DNA from: Polyangiaceae bacterium
GTDB lineage: Bacteria; Myxococcota_A; Polyangia; Polyangiales; Polyangiaceae
Assembly: GCA_044376115.1 (NCBI GenBank)
Contig: JBILLK010000007.1
Coordinates: 64,001-128,000 of the forward strand
Length of the DNA stretch: 64,000 nucleotides
Direction of reading: 5' to 3'
The notes under the pieces were generated by a model. That model ran no database searches and was not told the DNA's origin. It saw nothing but the letters and a program-made list of their open reading frames with translations. The position numbers and the translations under genes were made by a program. Below, one piece after another: positions 1 through 9,446 of the stretch (positions are counted from its first letter, which is position 1; each line of letters begins with the position of its first letter).

Positions 1-297
1 CATCAACAGGAGCTCCTCGCAGCTCGCGTTCGCTACCGGCTTGGGGATCGGAAAGTCGAACTGACGCCGCAGAAAGCTAACGGCCTCGTTGCGCAGGGAG
101 TCGAGCCTTGCGCGGTCTCGCGGCTTGTTGGGCTGGAACTCGTGGGAGGCCAACAGCGCCGACGCATCGGCCTCGGTTTGCAGGTTGAGCCGGTGCCAGT
201 CGATCACCGACTCGCCTCGCAGGATCAAACGAACCGACTCCAACTCGTGGAGCGCGAAGTCTTCAAGGCGCTTGAGGCGCCCGTGTTCGTCGGTCAT
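1..297 (-). CDS. TIGR04552-like protein, 5' part (runs off the window start)
   Basis: Own translation from ATG at 297 (GGAG upstream): MTDEHGRLKRLEDFALHELESVRLILRGESVIDWHRLNL..., open to position 1; resembles the myxobacterial TIGR04552 N-terminus. Confidence 0.65.
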   Translation of the reverse strand, partial: MTDEHGRLKRLEDFALHELESVRLILRGESVIDWHRLNLQTEADASALLASHEFQPNKPRDRARLDSLRNEAVSFLRRQFDFPIPKPVANASCEELLLM

Positions 298-690
298 CGG
301 CTCCCATGGGATTCCGATGTCGCCGTTTCGTCAAGCCACCCGATGTCTTGTGCGGGTTCTGGTGGTCACGCTCGACGGCTGCCTTGGCTGCCGCGGAATG
401 GACAACGAAATTCGTGGCTTCATCGACACCCCTCGTGTCCAGCCTGACCCAATATCCCACTTATGTTATTTCGAGAGATCGGCACTTATGTAACTGAAAT
501 GCCAAGACTATCGCCGAATCTGTGTCCCTCTGTTCAGGTTGGCCCGGTTCGTGGAGGACGTTTTCCGTTGCTCGTTGTCTCCGCATCCCTTAACTCTTGG
601 CCCGCTAGATCGAGCTGTGGTTTCTTATCCTACACTGTGTGCTCACAAGTTCTCGACGTCTGTCGGGACCTCAAGCTCGGAGATTGCCTG

Positions 691-855
691 ATGAAGTTTG
701 CTCCCTGGTTCGTCGCCGGCCTGGCCCCTTTCGGGGCGATTGCGTACAGCGGGTACCTCGGGCACGCCGTGGTGGTGGTGCTGACGGTCGGAATCTTCCT
801 TGGGACGTTGTCCCTAGGGAAAGCGCCTCCCATTCAGACGCGGCAAGACGGCTGA
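691..855 (+). CDS. small hydrophobic membrane protein (54 aa)
   Basis: ATG at 691 after GGAG; MKFAPWFVAGLAPFGAIAY...VVVVLTVGIFLGTL; 7 nt upstream of the cytochrome c gene. Confidence 0.45.
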   Translation: MKFAPWFVAGLAPFGAIAYSGYLGHAVVVVLTVGIFLGTLSLGKAPPIQTRQDG

Positions 856-862
856 GGTTTCT

Positions 863-1279
863 GTGCCCCGCGCATCCTGGCTTCGGACAGCCCTGTTGGT
901 TTCTGTCTTGGTGCAGGGCGGCTGTGAGCCAGCGCGGGGAGAGGTTCGCGAGTGGACGAAAGAGGATCACGACGGCGCGCGGGCTCGGGGCCAAACCCCG
1001 CAGACCACCGGCAATAAGGACGCCGCGCCCGGCTTGGCCAACACGCTTTGGACCAAAACGTGTTCAACGTGCCACGGCCCCACGGGGCGAGGAGACGGGC
1101 CGTTCGCGCCCAGCTCCGGAATGCCCGACCTAACGCGGCCCGACCTGGCGAAGCTCTCCGATGACGACCTGAAGAAGGTCATTCGTGAAGGTCGCAACGC
1201 GATGCCTGCCAACCCGGACATTCCGGATTCCGTGTTGGACGCGTTGGTGAAGCGAATTCGAGCAGGCGCGCAGCGCTAG
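863..1279 (+). CDS. monoheme c-type cytochrome, probable lipoprotein
   Basis: Signal peptide ending QGGC; CSTCH heme motif; distal AMPA Met ligand. Confidence 0.85.
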   Translation: MPRASWLRTALLVSVLVQGGCEPARGEVREWTKEDHDGARARGQTPQTTGNKDAAPGLANTLWTKTCSTCHGPTGRGDGPFAPSSGMPDLTRPDLAKLSDDDLKKVIREGRNAMPANPDIPDSVLDALVKRIRAGAQR

Positions 1280-1348
1280 CTTTCGTTCGTTGACCAAATC
1301 ACACTCGTGCGACTGACCGATCAGCAGTCGACCGTCCCACCACTGACA

Positions 1349-1379
1349 AACGAAAAACGGCCACCTCGCGGTGGCCGTT
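1349..1379 (-). terminator. rho-independent terminator of the ompA-like gene
   Basis: Perfect 10-bp stem AACGGCCACC/GGTGGCCGTT, 4-nt loop, followed by TTTCGTTT on the minus strand. Confidence 0.75.
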
Positions 1380-1428
1380 CTCGTTCAACCGAAGGTTGGA
1401 GCCAGCGTTCGCTGGCTCCTCATCAACC

Positions 1429-2064
1429 CTAGCGAGCAACCGCGGGGTTGCAGGGATCAACAGCGATCTCGCCGCCGTTGGCGAGCGGGATCGGCTTGCC
1501 GTCATCACCGTTGACCGGCTTGCTCTTGACGGTGGCGTCGAAGAAGGAAACGCGGCGGTTGAGCGCCTTGTTTTCCGGCGTGTCGTTGGCAGCCAGCGGA
1601 CGCGTCTCACCGAAGCCGACGGGGTAGAGGCGGTTGCACTTCACGCCGTTGTCAACGAGCCACTTGGCGACCGAGGCTGAACGGGCCTTGGAGAGCGCCA
1701 TGTTCAGGTTGTCATCGCCGTCCGAGTCCGTGTGGCCCTCGATGCGGAGCAGCGTCACGTCGGGGTTCTGCTCCATGTACTCTTTGACGATGGTGAGGAT
1801 CTCGTCTGCACCAGCCTCTGAGTCGAGCTCGGCGCTGCCGCTCTTGAACGGAACGGGGGCGGGCAGCTCGATCTCGTTCTTCTTCTTCTTGAAGCCCTTG
1901 AAGGACATCCGCTTCTTGGCGGGCTTGGGCTTCTCGGCCGTCTTGGCGGGCTTGGGCTTGGGCTCATCGGCCGGGCCTGCTTGAACCTTCACGGAGCAGC
2001 CCGTTAGAAGAAAGCTCAACGAGATGACTGCCGAGGTGACCACCGGAGTGACGAATTTGCGCAT
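1429..2064 (-). CDS. OmpA family peptidoglycan-binding lipoprotein
   Basis: Start MRKFVTP after GGAGG; lipobox LTGC; IEGHTDSDG, NMALSKARS, GFGETRP, NRRV motifs. Confidence 0.92.
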   Translation of the reverse strand: MRKFVTPVVTSAVISLSFLLTGCSVKVQAGPADEPKPKPAKTAEKPKPAKKRMSFKGFKKKKNEIELPAPVPFKSGSAELDSEAGADEILTIVKEYMEQNPDVTLLRIEGHTDSDGDDNLNMALSKARSASVAKWLVDNGVKCNRLYPVGFGETRPLAANDTPENKALNRRVSFFDATVKSKPVNGDDGKPIPLANGGEIAVDPCNPAVAR

Positions 2065-2428
2065 AAAGATTTCCTCCAAAAAGCTCGCCGAAAGGGAAGG
2101 TCCCATTCTGGGGACGAAGGGATAGCAGCTGGGACTACGGGGATGTCACCCCGCCTCGCAGAAAACAGTTCCCCTCAACGTGGCCTTAGACGCGCCTGAT
2201 AGGCGTTGCTTCAACGAATGTCAGAAAAAGTCCGAACACTCGAATTCGCAGCGTTATCTACAGAACTCCACCCTCTGAGGGCAAGTGAGGAGTTCACGAA
2301 CGCAAGCCACCTGTTGGCTTGGTACGCTTACTCCTGGGTTTGGCTCCCAACCAAGACTCCGAACCTACAAAAAACGGCTCAGTAAGCTGCGCAGAAATCG
2401 AAATCCCGTCTCTGTTCGAGAGCGCTAC

Positions 2429-2467
2429 AAAAAAGAAACAGCGCCGGCACAATTTGCCGACGCTGTT
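2429..2467 (-). terminator. rho-independent terminator of the upstream lipoprotein gene
   Basis: Minus-strand hairpin AACAGCGTCGGCA...TGCCGGCGCTGTT followed by TCTTTTTT. Confidence 0.75.
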
Positions 2468-2503
2468 GCGTGTCACACGGGGTAACCCCGCACGACCTCG
2501 TTA

Positions 2504-3595
2504 CTACATGCCAGCGCCGCCGGCGCCCATACCGCCCGCAGCTTCGCACGGATCGGGCTGCTCCTCGGCAGCTGCGCCAACGCCGTCAACCGTGACCACG
2601 GTCGCGTCGAAGCCGAGACCGATCGAGATGCCGGTGCAGGGCGTTCCCGCCTGCTGCGAGCCGTCCGACATGATGTCGGAGGCCTGGCGGATCTGGTTGA
2701 GGATCGACTCGACCGTCGGACCGCCGTTGCAGAACTCGGGGGACAGCGTTCCAGCGAGCGACTCGATCTGGCCGACGAGCGCCTCGGTGTCGAGAACGCC
2801 GGCGATGACGCCCTCGGTGGCGCCGCCGTGTGCAGCGTCGAGCTTCATCGTGATGAAGGCGCTGCGGATTTGCAGCGAGAGCTCGAAGCCCGCGATCGCC
2901 AAGGTCAGGTCGACGGTGCCCTTGTTGCCCGAAACCCAGGTGTTGTCCGTGAGGTACGAGTCAGCGAACTTGACCTTGGAGGTGTCCGGATCGGTCGGGT
3001 CGTCGAGGAACTCGGGGACGGCCTTCCAGGTGTTGCCGTTGCCCTCTTTGCCGGCGACGAGGATCGCGTCGATCGGGTCGTAGTTGGCCCCATCACCGAG
3101 GTTGCGCATGTTGATCATCACGTTGAACGAGCCGCTGGTGATGGCCTCGTTGATCTGCGACTCGAGATCGGTGCCCATCGACACGAGCTTGATGATCGGG
3201 ATGAGCGTGCGACCGAACGAGTTGTCGATGCCGTCGTCGCCGTCGGGGAAGACGTTGGTCGGGATGCCCTGACCCGCCGGGGTGCAGTGGTTGGCGAAAT
3301 CATCCGAGGTGATCTGGCCGTCGAGGTTGTAACCGAACGACTTCCAAGCGTCGCTGCTCTCAACGCCCTCGCGCGTCTTCGTGCCGACGTAGAGCTTGGT
3401 GGTGCCGAAAATCGTGCCGCTGCCGTCGCCGGGCGTTGCGCCAGTGGGACGGGGCGGGGGCTGTGCGCCGTCGGTGCCGCCACCCGAGCCACCGGAGCCG
3501 CCGGAGCCGCCGGAGCCGGCGTCGTCGCCACAGGCGAGCAGGGAAGCAACGAGACTAGCCGAGCCAAGTGCCAAGAGAAGTTTTGATCGAAGCAT
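2504..3595 (-). CDS. hypothetical myxobacterial lipoprotein
   Basis: Start MLRSKLL after GGAGGT; lipobox LLAC; GGSGG linker; acidic GYNLDG/DGDDGIDN motifs. Confidence 0.8.
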   Translation of the reverse strand: MLRSKLLLALGSASLVASLLACGDDAGSGGSGGSGGSGGGTDGAQPPPRPTGATPGDGSGTIFGTTKLYVGTKTREGVESSDAWKSFGYNLDGQITSDDFANHCTPAGQGIPTNVFPDGDDGIDNSFGRTLIPIIKLVSMGTDLESQINEAITSGSFNVMINMRNLGDGANYDPIDAILVAGKEGNGNTWKAVPEFLDDPTDPDTSKVKFADSYLTDNTWVSGNKGTVDLTLAIAGFELSLQIRSAFITMKLDAAHGGATEGVIAGVLDTEALVGQIESLAGTLSPEFCNGGPTVESILNQIRQASDIMSDGSQQAGTPCTGISIGLGFDATVVTVDGVGAAAEEQPDPCEAAGGMGAGGAGM

Positions 3596-3881
3596 GTCAG
3601 ACCTCCAACGTTCGCGAATCGTGCCTCGCGACGAACAACCGGTTTCACCCTGGCGCGTCAGGCCGCGCCGACCACACACCCGCCGCACATAGCGACCGGA
3701 GCTTCCCCCCGTGCCGCCCGCGAGGCCCAAACTGCCTAAGTAGTGCGTAGACCCTTACTCCAAGCGATGGATAGGTCCAAGCCCCAGAATCCTAGTTCGA
3801 TCACGATCGATCGGCCACGCGAAAAGTTGCTCTTAAAGGAGGCTCGACAGCTTCCCGCAGGCGGCGTAGGCCAGTGGACCC

Positions 3882-6800
3882 GTGTCTGCCGAGTTCGCCC
3901 ACCTTCACGTCCACAGCCAGTACTCGCTCTTGGACGGTGCCATTCGTGTGAAAGAGCTTGCCGCGCGGGCCAAAGCGCTGGGCATGAAGTCGGTGGCTCT
4001 GACCGACCACGGCAACATGTTCGGCACGATCCAGCATTACTTGGCCTGCAAAGAGCAGGGGATCGCGCCGATTCTGGGGTGTGAGATCAATGTGGTTCGC
4101 CGCGGTGCACGGCCGAGTCGTGCCCCCGCCGCATCGGCTTCGGCGGATCTGGGTGAAGACCTCCCCGTCGACCATTTGGTGCTCCTCGCCGCCTCGGCCG
4201 AAGGCTACAAGAACCTCGTTCGAATCGTTTCGCGCGGTCACCTGGAGCCCGTCAGCATGCGAGCGCCTAGCGTCGCGATCGAAACGGTGGCGGCGAATGC
4301 GCGCGGCATCATCGGGCTCACCGGCTGTCTCGGTGGCGTGGTCGCGCAGCGCATCATGGAGGAAGGGGAGTCGCACGCCCTCAGCGAACTCGATCTGCTG
4401 CGCAACGTATTCGAGCCCGGGAGCCTCTACGTGGAGCTGCAGGACCACGGCCTGCCCGAACAAGCTGTGGTCAACGGCCTTCTCGCTCAAGCCGCCAAGC
4501 AGCTCAATTTGCCCACGGTGGCGACCAACGACGCCCATTTCACCAACCGTGAGGACGGTGAGGGCCAGCTCGTTCTCAGCTGCATTGCGCAGAACCGCGC
4601 GCTCGCCGATGCGCAGGCGTCGCATCACTCGAGCTACGAGATGTTCCTCAAATCACCGCTCGAGATGGCCAACACCTTCTCCGACTACCCCGAGGCCGTG
4701 CGTGAGACGCTGGCGGTAGCCGAGCGTTGCACCTCCTTCAAGTTGAAGCTCGGCGAGCCGATGTTGCCGAACTTCAAGGTGCCCGAGGGCTTCGACGAGT
4801 TCTCGTACTTCCGGCATGTCGCGGCGGAAGGGTTGCAACGGCGCTTCGTCGAGGCCGAGAAGATCGGCCGCCAAGTCGACCACGCCTTCTACAAGGCCAG
4901 GCTGGAGACCGAGCTGGACGTCATCTGCAAGATGAAGTTCCCGGGTTACTTCCTGATCGTTTGGGACTTCATCCGCTACGCCAAGGAGAACGGTATCCCC
5001 GTCGGTCCGGGCCGCGGCTCCGGCGCCGGGTCGATCGTCGCGTGGGCGATGCGCATCACCGATCTCGATCCCATCCCATACAACTTGCTGTTCGAGCGGT
5101 TCCTCAACCCGGAGCGCGTGTCGATGCCCGACTTCGATGTCGACTTCTGCATGGACCGCCGCGATCAGGTCATTCAGTACGTCTCGGAGCGATACGGCAA
5201 ACGCAGCGTCGGTCAGATCGCGACCTTTCACGAACTCAAGTCGCGCAGCGTAATCAAGGACGTCGCTCGGACGATGGGCCTGCCGCCGATGGACGCGCAA
5301 CGGATCGCCTCGCTGGTGCCGCAAAAGGGGCCGGGCGTGATGTACACGATCCCGGAGGCGCTCACGATCGAGCCAAAGCTCAAGGCGCTGGTCGAGACCG
5401 ACGCTGCCGTAGCGGAGCTGATTCGGCAGGCGATGAAGCTCGAGGGCCTGACGCGGCACGCCGGTATGCACGCCGCGGGCGTCGTGATCAGCGAAGGGCC
5501 GCTCGACGACCACGTGCCGTGCTTCAAGAACGGCGAACAGATCGTCACGCAGTACCACAAGGACGACGTTGAGAAGGCGGGGCTCGTCAAATTCGACTTC
5601 CTCGGCCTCAAGACGCTGACCGTGATCGACATCGCGGAGAAGCTCGTGAATCAGCGTCCGGACCGCCAGGGCAAGGAGCCGTTCAGCGTCAGCACGCTCC
5701 GCTTGGATGACCTCGGGACCTACGCGCTGTTGCAGTCGGGTGAAACGACCGGCGTGTTCCAGCTCGAGTCGAGCGGCATGCAACAGCTGTTCAAAGACCT
5801 CAAACCCGACGCGTTCGAAGACATCGTTGCTGCGGTGGCCCTCTACCGCCCGGGCCCGCTCGGCACCGGCATGGTGAAGGACTTCGTCGAGTGCAAGCAC
5901 GGTAAAAAGCCGATCGCCAAGATGCACCCGCTGGTCGACGAGATCCTCGTGCCGACCTACGGCGTCATCGTTTACCAAGAGCAGGTCATGCAAGTTGCGC
6001 AAAAGCTTGCTGGCTACTCGTTGGGCGGCGCAGATCTGCTTCGCCGAGCGATGGGTAAGAAGAAAGCCGAGGAGATGGCCAAGCAAAAGGCCACCTTCGT
6101 CGAAGGCTCGATCAAGAACGGCGTCGCAGAAGACGACGCAGACCGCATCTTCGGGCTGCTCGAGTACTTCGCTGGGTACGGCTTCAACAAGAGCCACTCG
6201 GCTGCGTACGCGCTGCTGACGTATCACACCGCCTATCTCAAAGCGCACTACCCGGTGGAGTTCCTGTGCGCGCTGATGACCGCAGACCGCGACAAGACCG
6301 AGAAGGTCGTGCGCATCATCGCCGAAGGTCGCGCCTGGGGCGTGGAGACGCTTCCGCCCGAAATCAACGAAAGCAAGGTCGACTTCACGGTGGTGTACTC
6401 GACTGGCGGCGAAAAGACGAAGCCGCGGGGCAAAGGCCGGGCGCGTCGCCTCAGTGATCCGTTCGAGCCGAAGATCCGCTTCGGGTTGGGCGCCATTCGC
6501 GGCGTCGGCGAGAGCGCGCTCGAGGCTGTGCTGGAGGCGCGCAAAGAGGGCGGGCCGTTCCTCGACTTGTTCGACTTCGCCGAACGGGTCGATGCCCGGC
6601 GCGTCAATCGAGGCGTACTCGAGGCGCTGATCGCAGGCGGGGCTTTCGATGCCACGCTCGCGAGCAAAGGCGTATCGCGCGCCCGGGCGTTCGCTTCGGT
6701 GGAGCGCGTGCTCGAGCGATCGCGAAACGCGAGCCGGGATCGAGAGCGCGGTCAGACCTCGCTCTTTGGCCTATTCGCCAAGACCGAGGTCTCAAACAAA

Positions 6801-7505
6801 GCGGCCTCCGAGGACTACCCGATGGTCGAGCCGTGGGACCTCAAAGAGACGTTGGTCCGCGAAAAAGAAGCGTTGGGCTTCTACGTCTCGGGCCACCCGC
6901 TCGATCGTTACGGCGTCGAGCTCTCGCGCTTCGAGGTGACCAAGACCTCGGCGCTCGCGACGATGGAGAATTGGGCTCGCGTGCGCGTTTGCGGCATGGT
7001 CGAGGAGTACCGCTGTCGCATCTTCAAAGGAGGAGGCGGCAAGCTCGCCTTCTTCGTGCTCGAGGACCCAACCGGGCGCGTCGAGGTCAAGGTGCGCGAG
7101 AAGCAAATCAACCTCTATGAAGGCATTCTGCAGTCGAAGGAGGCGGTGTTGGTCAGCGGGAAGTTGAGCTTTCCGATGACCGAGGATGGGGAAGGGGAGT
7201 CGAGCGGTCCACGCGAGCCGACGCTGCTACTGGACGAGGTGGTGCTGCTCGCCACCGTGTTGCGAGACCAAGCGCGCTGGGTTCACCTGCGGCTGCAAGA
7301 GTCGCGACACAGCGTCGAAGCCACGCGCAAGTTGCGCAGCGTGTTGGACGCTAGCCCGGGGGCATGCCCGGTGCAGATCACGGTCGAACTCGAGGGCGGC
7401 TCCGAGGTGAGTTTGAGCGTTCCCGGCCTCAAGGTCGAACCAGGCGAAGGGCTATTCTCCGGCGTCGAGAAGCTCTTGGGCTCGCGCGTGCTCGAGCTGC
7501 GTTAG
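3882..7505 (+). CDS. dnaE: DNA polymerase III subunit alpha
   Basis: HLHVHSQYSLLDG PHP domain, GPGRGSGAGS, PDFDVDF, KFDFLGL, GYGFNKSH, OB-fold C-terminus. Confidence 0.98.
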   Translation: MSAEFAHLHVHSQYSLLDGAIRVKELAARAKALGMKSVALTDHGNMFGTIQHYLACKEQGIAPILGCEINVVRRGARPSRAPAASASADLGEDLPVDHLVLLAASAEGYKNLVRIVSRGHLEPVSMRAPSVAIETVAANARGIIGLTGCLGGVVAQRIMEEGESHALSELDLLRNVFEPGSLYVELQDHGLPEQAVVNGLLAQAAKQLNLPTVATNDAHFTNREDGEGQLVLSCIAQNRALADAQASHHSSYEMFLKSPLEMANTFSDYPEAVRETLAVAERCTSFKLKLGEPMLPNFKVPEGFDEFSYFRHVAAEGLQRRFVEAEKIGRQVDHAFYKARLETELDVICKMKFPGYFLIVWDFIRYAKENGIPVGPGRGSGAGSIVAWAMRITDLDPIPYNLLFERFLNPERVSMPDFDVDFCMDRRDQVIQYVSERYGKRSVGQIATFHELKSRSVIKDVARTMGLPPMDAQRIASLVPQKGPGVMYTIPEALTIEPKLKALVETDAAVAELIRQAMKLEGLTRHAGMHAAGVVISEGPLDDHVPCFKNGEQIVTQYHKDDVEKAGLVKFDFLGLKTLTVIDIAEKLVNQRPDRQGKEPFSVSTLRLDDLGTYALLQSGETTGVFQLESSGMQQLFKDLKPDAFEDIVAAVALYRPGPLGTGMVKDFVECKHGKKPIAKMHPLVDEILVPTYGVIVYQEQVMQVAQKLAGYSLGGADLLRRAMGKKKAEEMAKQKATFVEGSIKNGVAEDDADRIFGLLEYFAGYGFNKSHSAAYALLTYHTAYLKAHYPVEFLCALMTADRDKTEKVVRIIAEGRAWGVETLPPEINESKVDFTVVYSTGGEKTKPRGKGRARRLSDPFEPKIRFGLGAIRGVGESALEAVLEARKEGGPFLDLFDFAERVDARRVNRGVLEALIAGGAFDATLASKGVSRARAFASVERVLERSRNASRDRERGQTSLFGLFAKTEVSNKAASEDYPMVEPWDLKETLVREKEALGFYVSGHPLDRYGVELSRFEVTKTSALATMENWARVRVCGMVEEYRCRIFKGGGGKLAFFVLEDPTGRVEVKVREKQINLYEGILQSKEAVLVSGKLSFPMTEDGEGESSGPREPTLLLDEVVLLATVLRDQARWVHLRLQESRHSVEATRKLRSVLDASPGACPVQITVELEGGSEVSLSVPGLKVEPGEGLFSGVEKLLGSRVLELR

Positions 7506-8389
7506 CGCAGCGGGGCCTCACGCAGCACCTCGGCCAGCGCCGAAAGCTCGCTCCCTCGCACGTGGTCGCTGCGATACACCAAGCGGAAAAAGTCTGACGA
7601 GAGCCGAGCTTTGGGTAGCGGCTCCACGAGGGCGCCGCGCTTGAGGTCCCGCGCGATGAAGTAGCGCGGCAGCACCGCGACGCCGCGACCGCGAACGACT
7701 TCGCGCGCGACCGCGGCGATCGTTCCCAGCCGTACGACCTCAGCAAACGTCCACTGTTCTCCGGGTGCTCGGCCATCGAGGAAGTAGCGAAAGAGCGGCC
7801 TGTCCGGATGCAAATCCAAAAGCCGAAAGCCGCCGGCCTCACTCGCCGAACGGAGGCTCTGCTTCGCCAGCAGCGCCGGCGCTGCGACGAGCGCGTACTT
7901 CTCCTCGTGCAATACGGCGAACTCAACGCCTTGTCGCGAGAACCTGGCGCTGCTGATCAGGGCGTCGATCTCGCCGCGGTCGAGGGCCGCCAAGAGCGCC
8001 TCGGTATCGCCGAAATAAAGATGCAAGCGGCGATCGGGCCGAGCCTTCTCGAGCGCGCCGAGCTGCGGCACGAGCCACGACAAGCCGAGCTCGTAGCGCG
8101 TACCGAGCACCAGATCGAACGGCTGCGGCGAGGTTGTGTACGCCCCTTTGCAGCGCAAGGCGGCGGCAAGCGTCTCCTTGGCGTGAGGCAGCACCCGCTC
8201 ACCGGCCAGGCTCAAACGCGACGAGCGCGTCGTTCGCACGAACAAACGCTCCCCGACGTCGTCCTCGAGTTTGCGGATGCGATCCGAGAACGCTGCAGGG
8301 GAGAGCCCTACCTCCGCGGCCGCTCGGCGGAAGTTCTTGTGATGGGCGCAAGCGACAAAACAGCGCAAACTCTCGAGATCAGGAAGCAC
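7502..8389 (-). CDS. LysR family transcriptional regulator
   Basis: N-terminal HTH NFRRAAAEVGLSPAAFSDRIRKLEDDVGERLFVRTTR; probable GTG start 8389; stop overlaps the dnaE stop. Confidence 0.9.
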   Translation of the reverse strand: MLPDLESLRCFVACAHHKNFRRAAAEVGLSPAAFSDRIRKLEDDVGERLFVRTTRSSRLSLAGERVLPHAKETLAAALRCKGAYTTSPQPFDLVLGTRYELGLSWLVPQLGALEKARPDRRLHLYFGDTEALLAALDRGEIDALISSARFSRQGVEFAVLHEEKYALVAAPALLAKQSLRSASEAGGFRLLDLHPDRPLFRYFLDGRAPGEQWTFAEVVRLGTIAAVAREVVRGRGVAVLPRYFIARDLKRGALVEPLPKARLSSDFFRLVYRSDHVRGSELSALAEVLREAPLR

Positions 8390-9341
8390 CGCCCACCTCT
8401 CCAAAGCTCGCGGCGGCGCTGCGTGCTTGCTCTTGATCCTCCTGGAACTTCACCAAGACTCCCAGCGTTTCGAGCACGGTGGTCTCGTCGAGACGGCTCC
8501 GGCCGAGTACGAGCAGCGCGCGCGCCCAATCGATGGTCTCCCCCACGCTGGGGGCCTTGCGCAGCGCCAGCGCGCGCAAACGGCGGGTAAACTCGACGAT
8601 CGACGTCGCCAGTTGCTGATCGATATCGGGCAGGCGGCTCCGCAGGATCGCGAGCTCACGTTCGGGGCTCGGGTAGTCGACGTAGGCGAAGAGGCAGCGT
8701 CTGCGCAGCGCCTCGGTCATATCCCGCGTGCCGTTCGTGGTGAGCAAAACGAACGGCCGTTGTTTGGGGGTGACGGGGCCCAGTTCGGGGATGGTGATGG
8801 TGAAATCCGCGAGCAACTCGAGGAGAAACGCCTCGAACTCGGGATCAGCGCGGTCCACCTCGTCGATCAAGAGGACGCAGGGGGTCTCCGACTCCAGCGC
8901 TTGGAGCAGCGGTCTGGCCACCAAAAATCGGCGGTCAAAGAAGCTCGCTCCAGCGCCGCTAACCCGATCGATCGCGTCCGAAAGTGAGGTCGCACCCGCT
9001 GTCTCGACCGAGATTCGCTCGCGCACGAGCTGGGTGGTGAGCATCTGCTTAGCGTAGTCCCAGTCGTAAAGGGCCTTGCTCTCGTCCAGCCCCTCGTAAC
9101 AAGAGAGCCGAATAAAGCTGCGCCCCGTCGCTCGGGCGACCGCGCGAGCCAGCTCGGTCTTGCCAACACCGGCCGGACCTTCCACGAGCAACGGCCGCTC
9201 GAGGCGCAGCCCGAGCCAAACCGCCATAGCGGTCTCGGTGTCGATGATGTAGCCGTAGTCCGCCAAAGTCTGGGCCAAAACCGCGGCGGATGCTGGTCCG
9301 GAGGCAAAAAGCTCAGTCACTGGCGGCTGAAGGTAGCCCAC
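8379..9341 (-). CDS. MoxR family AAA+ ATPase (CoxD-like)
   Basis: Walker A GPAGVGKT, CYEGLD, Walker B LLIDEVDR, EALRRRC. Confidence 0.92.
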   Translation of the reverse strand: MGYLQPPVTELFASGPASAAVLAQTLADYGYIIDTETAMAVWLGLRLERPLLVEGPAGVGKTELARAVARATGRSFIRLSCYEGLDESKALYDWDYAKQMLTTQLVRERISVETAGATSLSDAIDRVSGAGASFFDRRFLVARPLLQALESETPCVLLIDEVDRADPEFEAFLLELLADFTITIPELGPVTPKQRPFVLLTTNGTRDMTEALRRRCLFAYVDYPSPERELAILRSRLPDIDQQLATSIVEFTRRLRALALRKAPSVGETIDWARALLVLGRSRLDETTVLETLGVLVKFQEDQEQARSAAASFGEVGGAS

Positions 9342-9446
9342 GCGAAGCGTGGAAAGTTAGGGAAGTTATTGATCCGGCGACCCATTCGAGACGAACTTCG
9401 CGATGGACTTCACCAGACGGCCCGTTAGAAACTATGAAAGGTTTGG

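Noticed and set aside
3882..7505. Intein or split dnaE
   Set aside because: Normal length, continuous motifs, no intein terminal signatures
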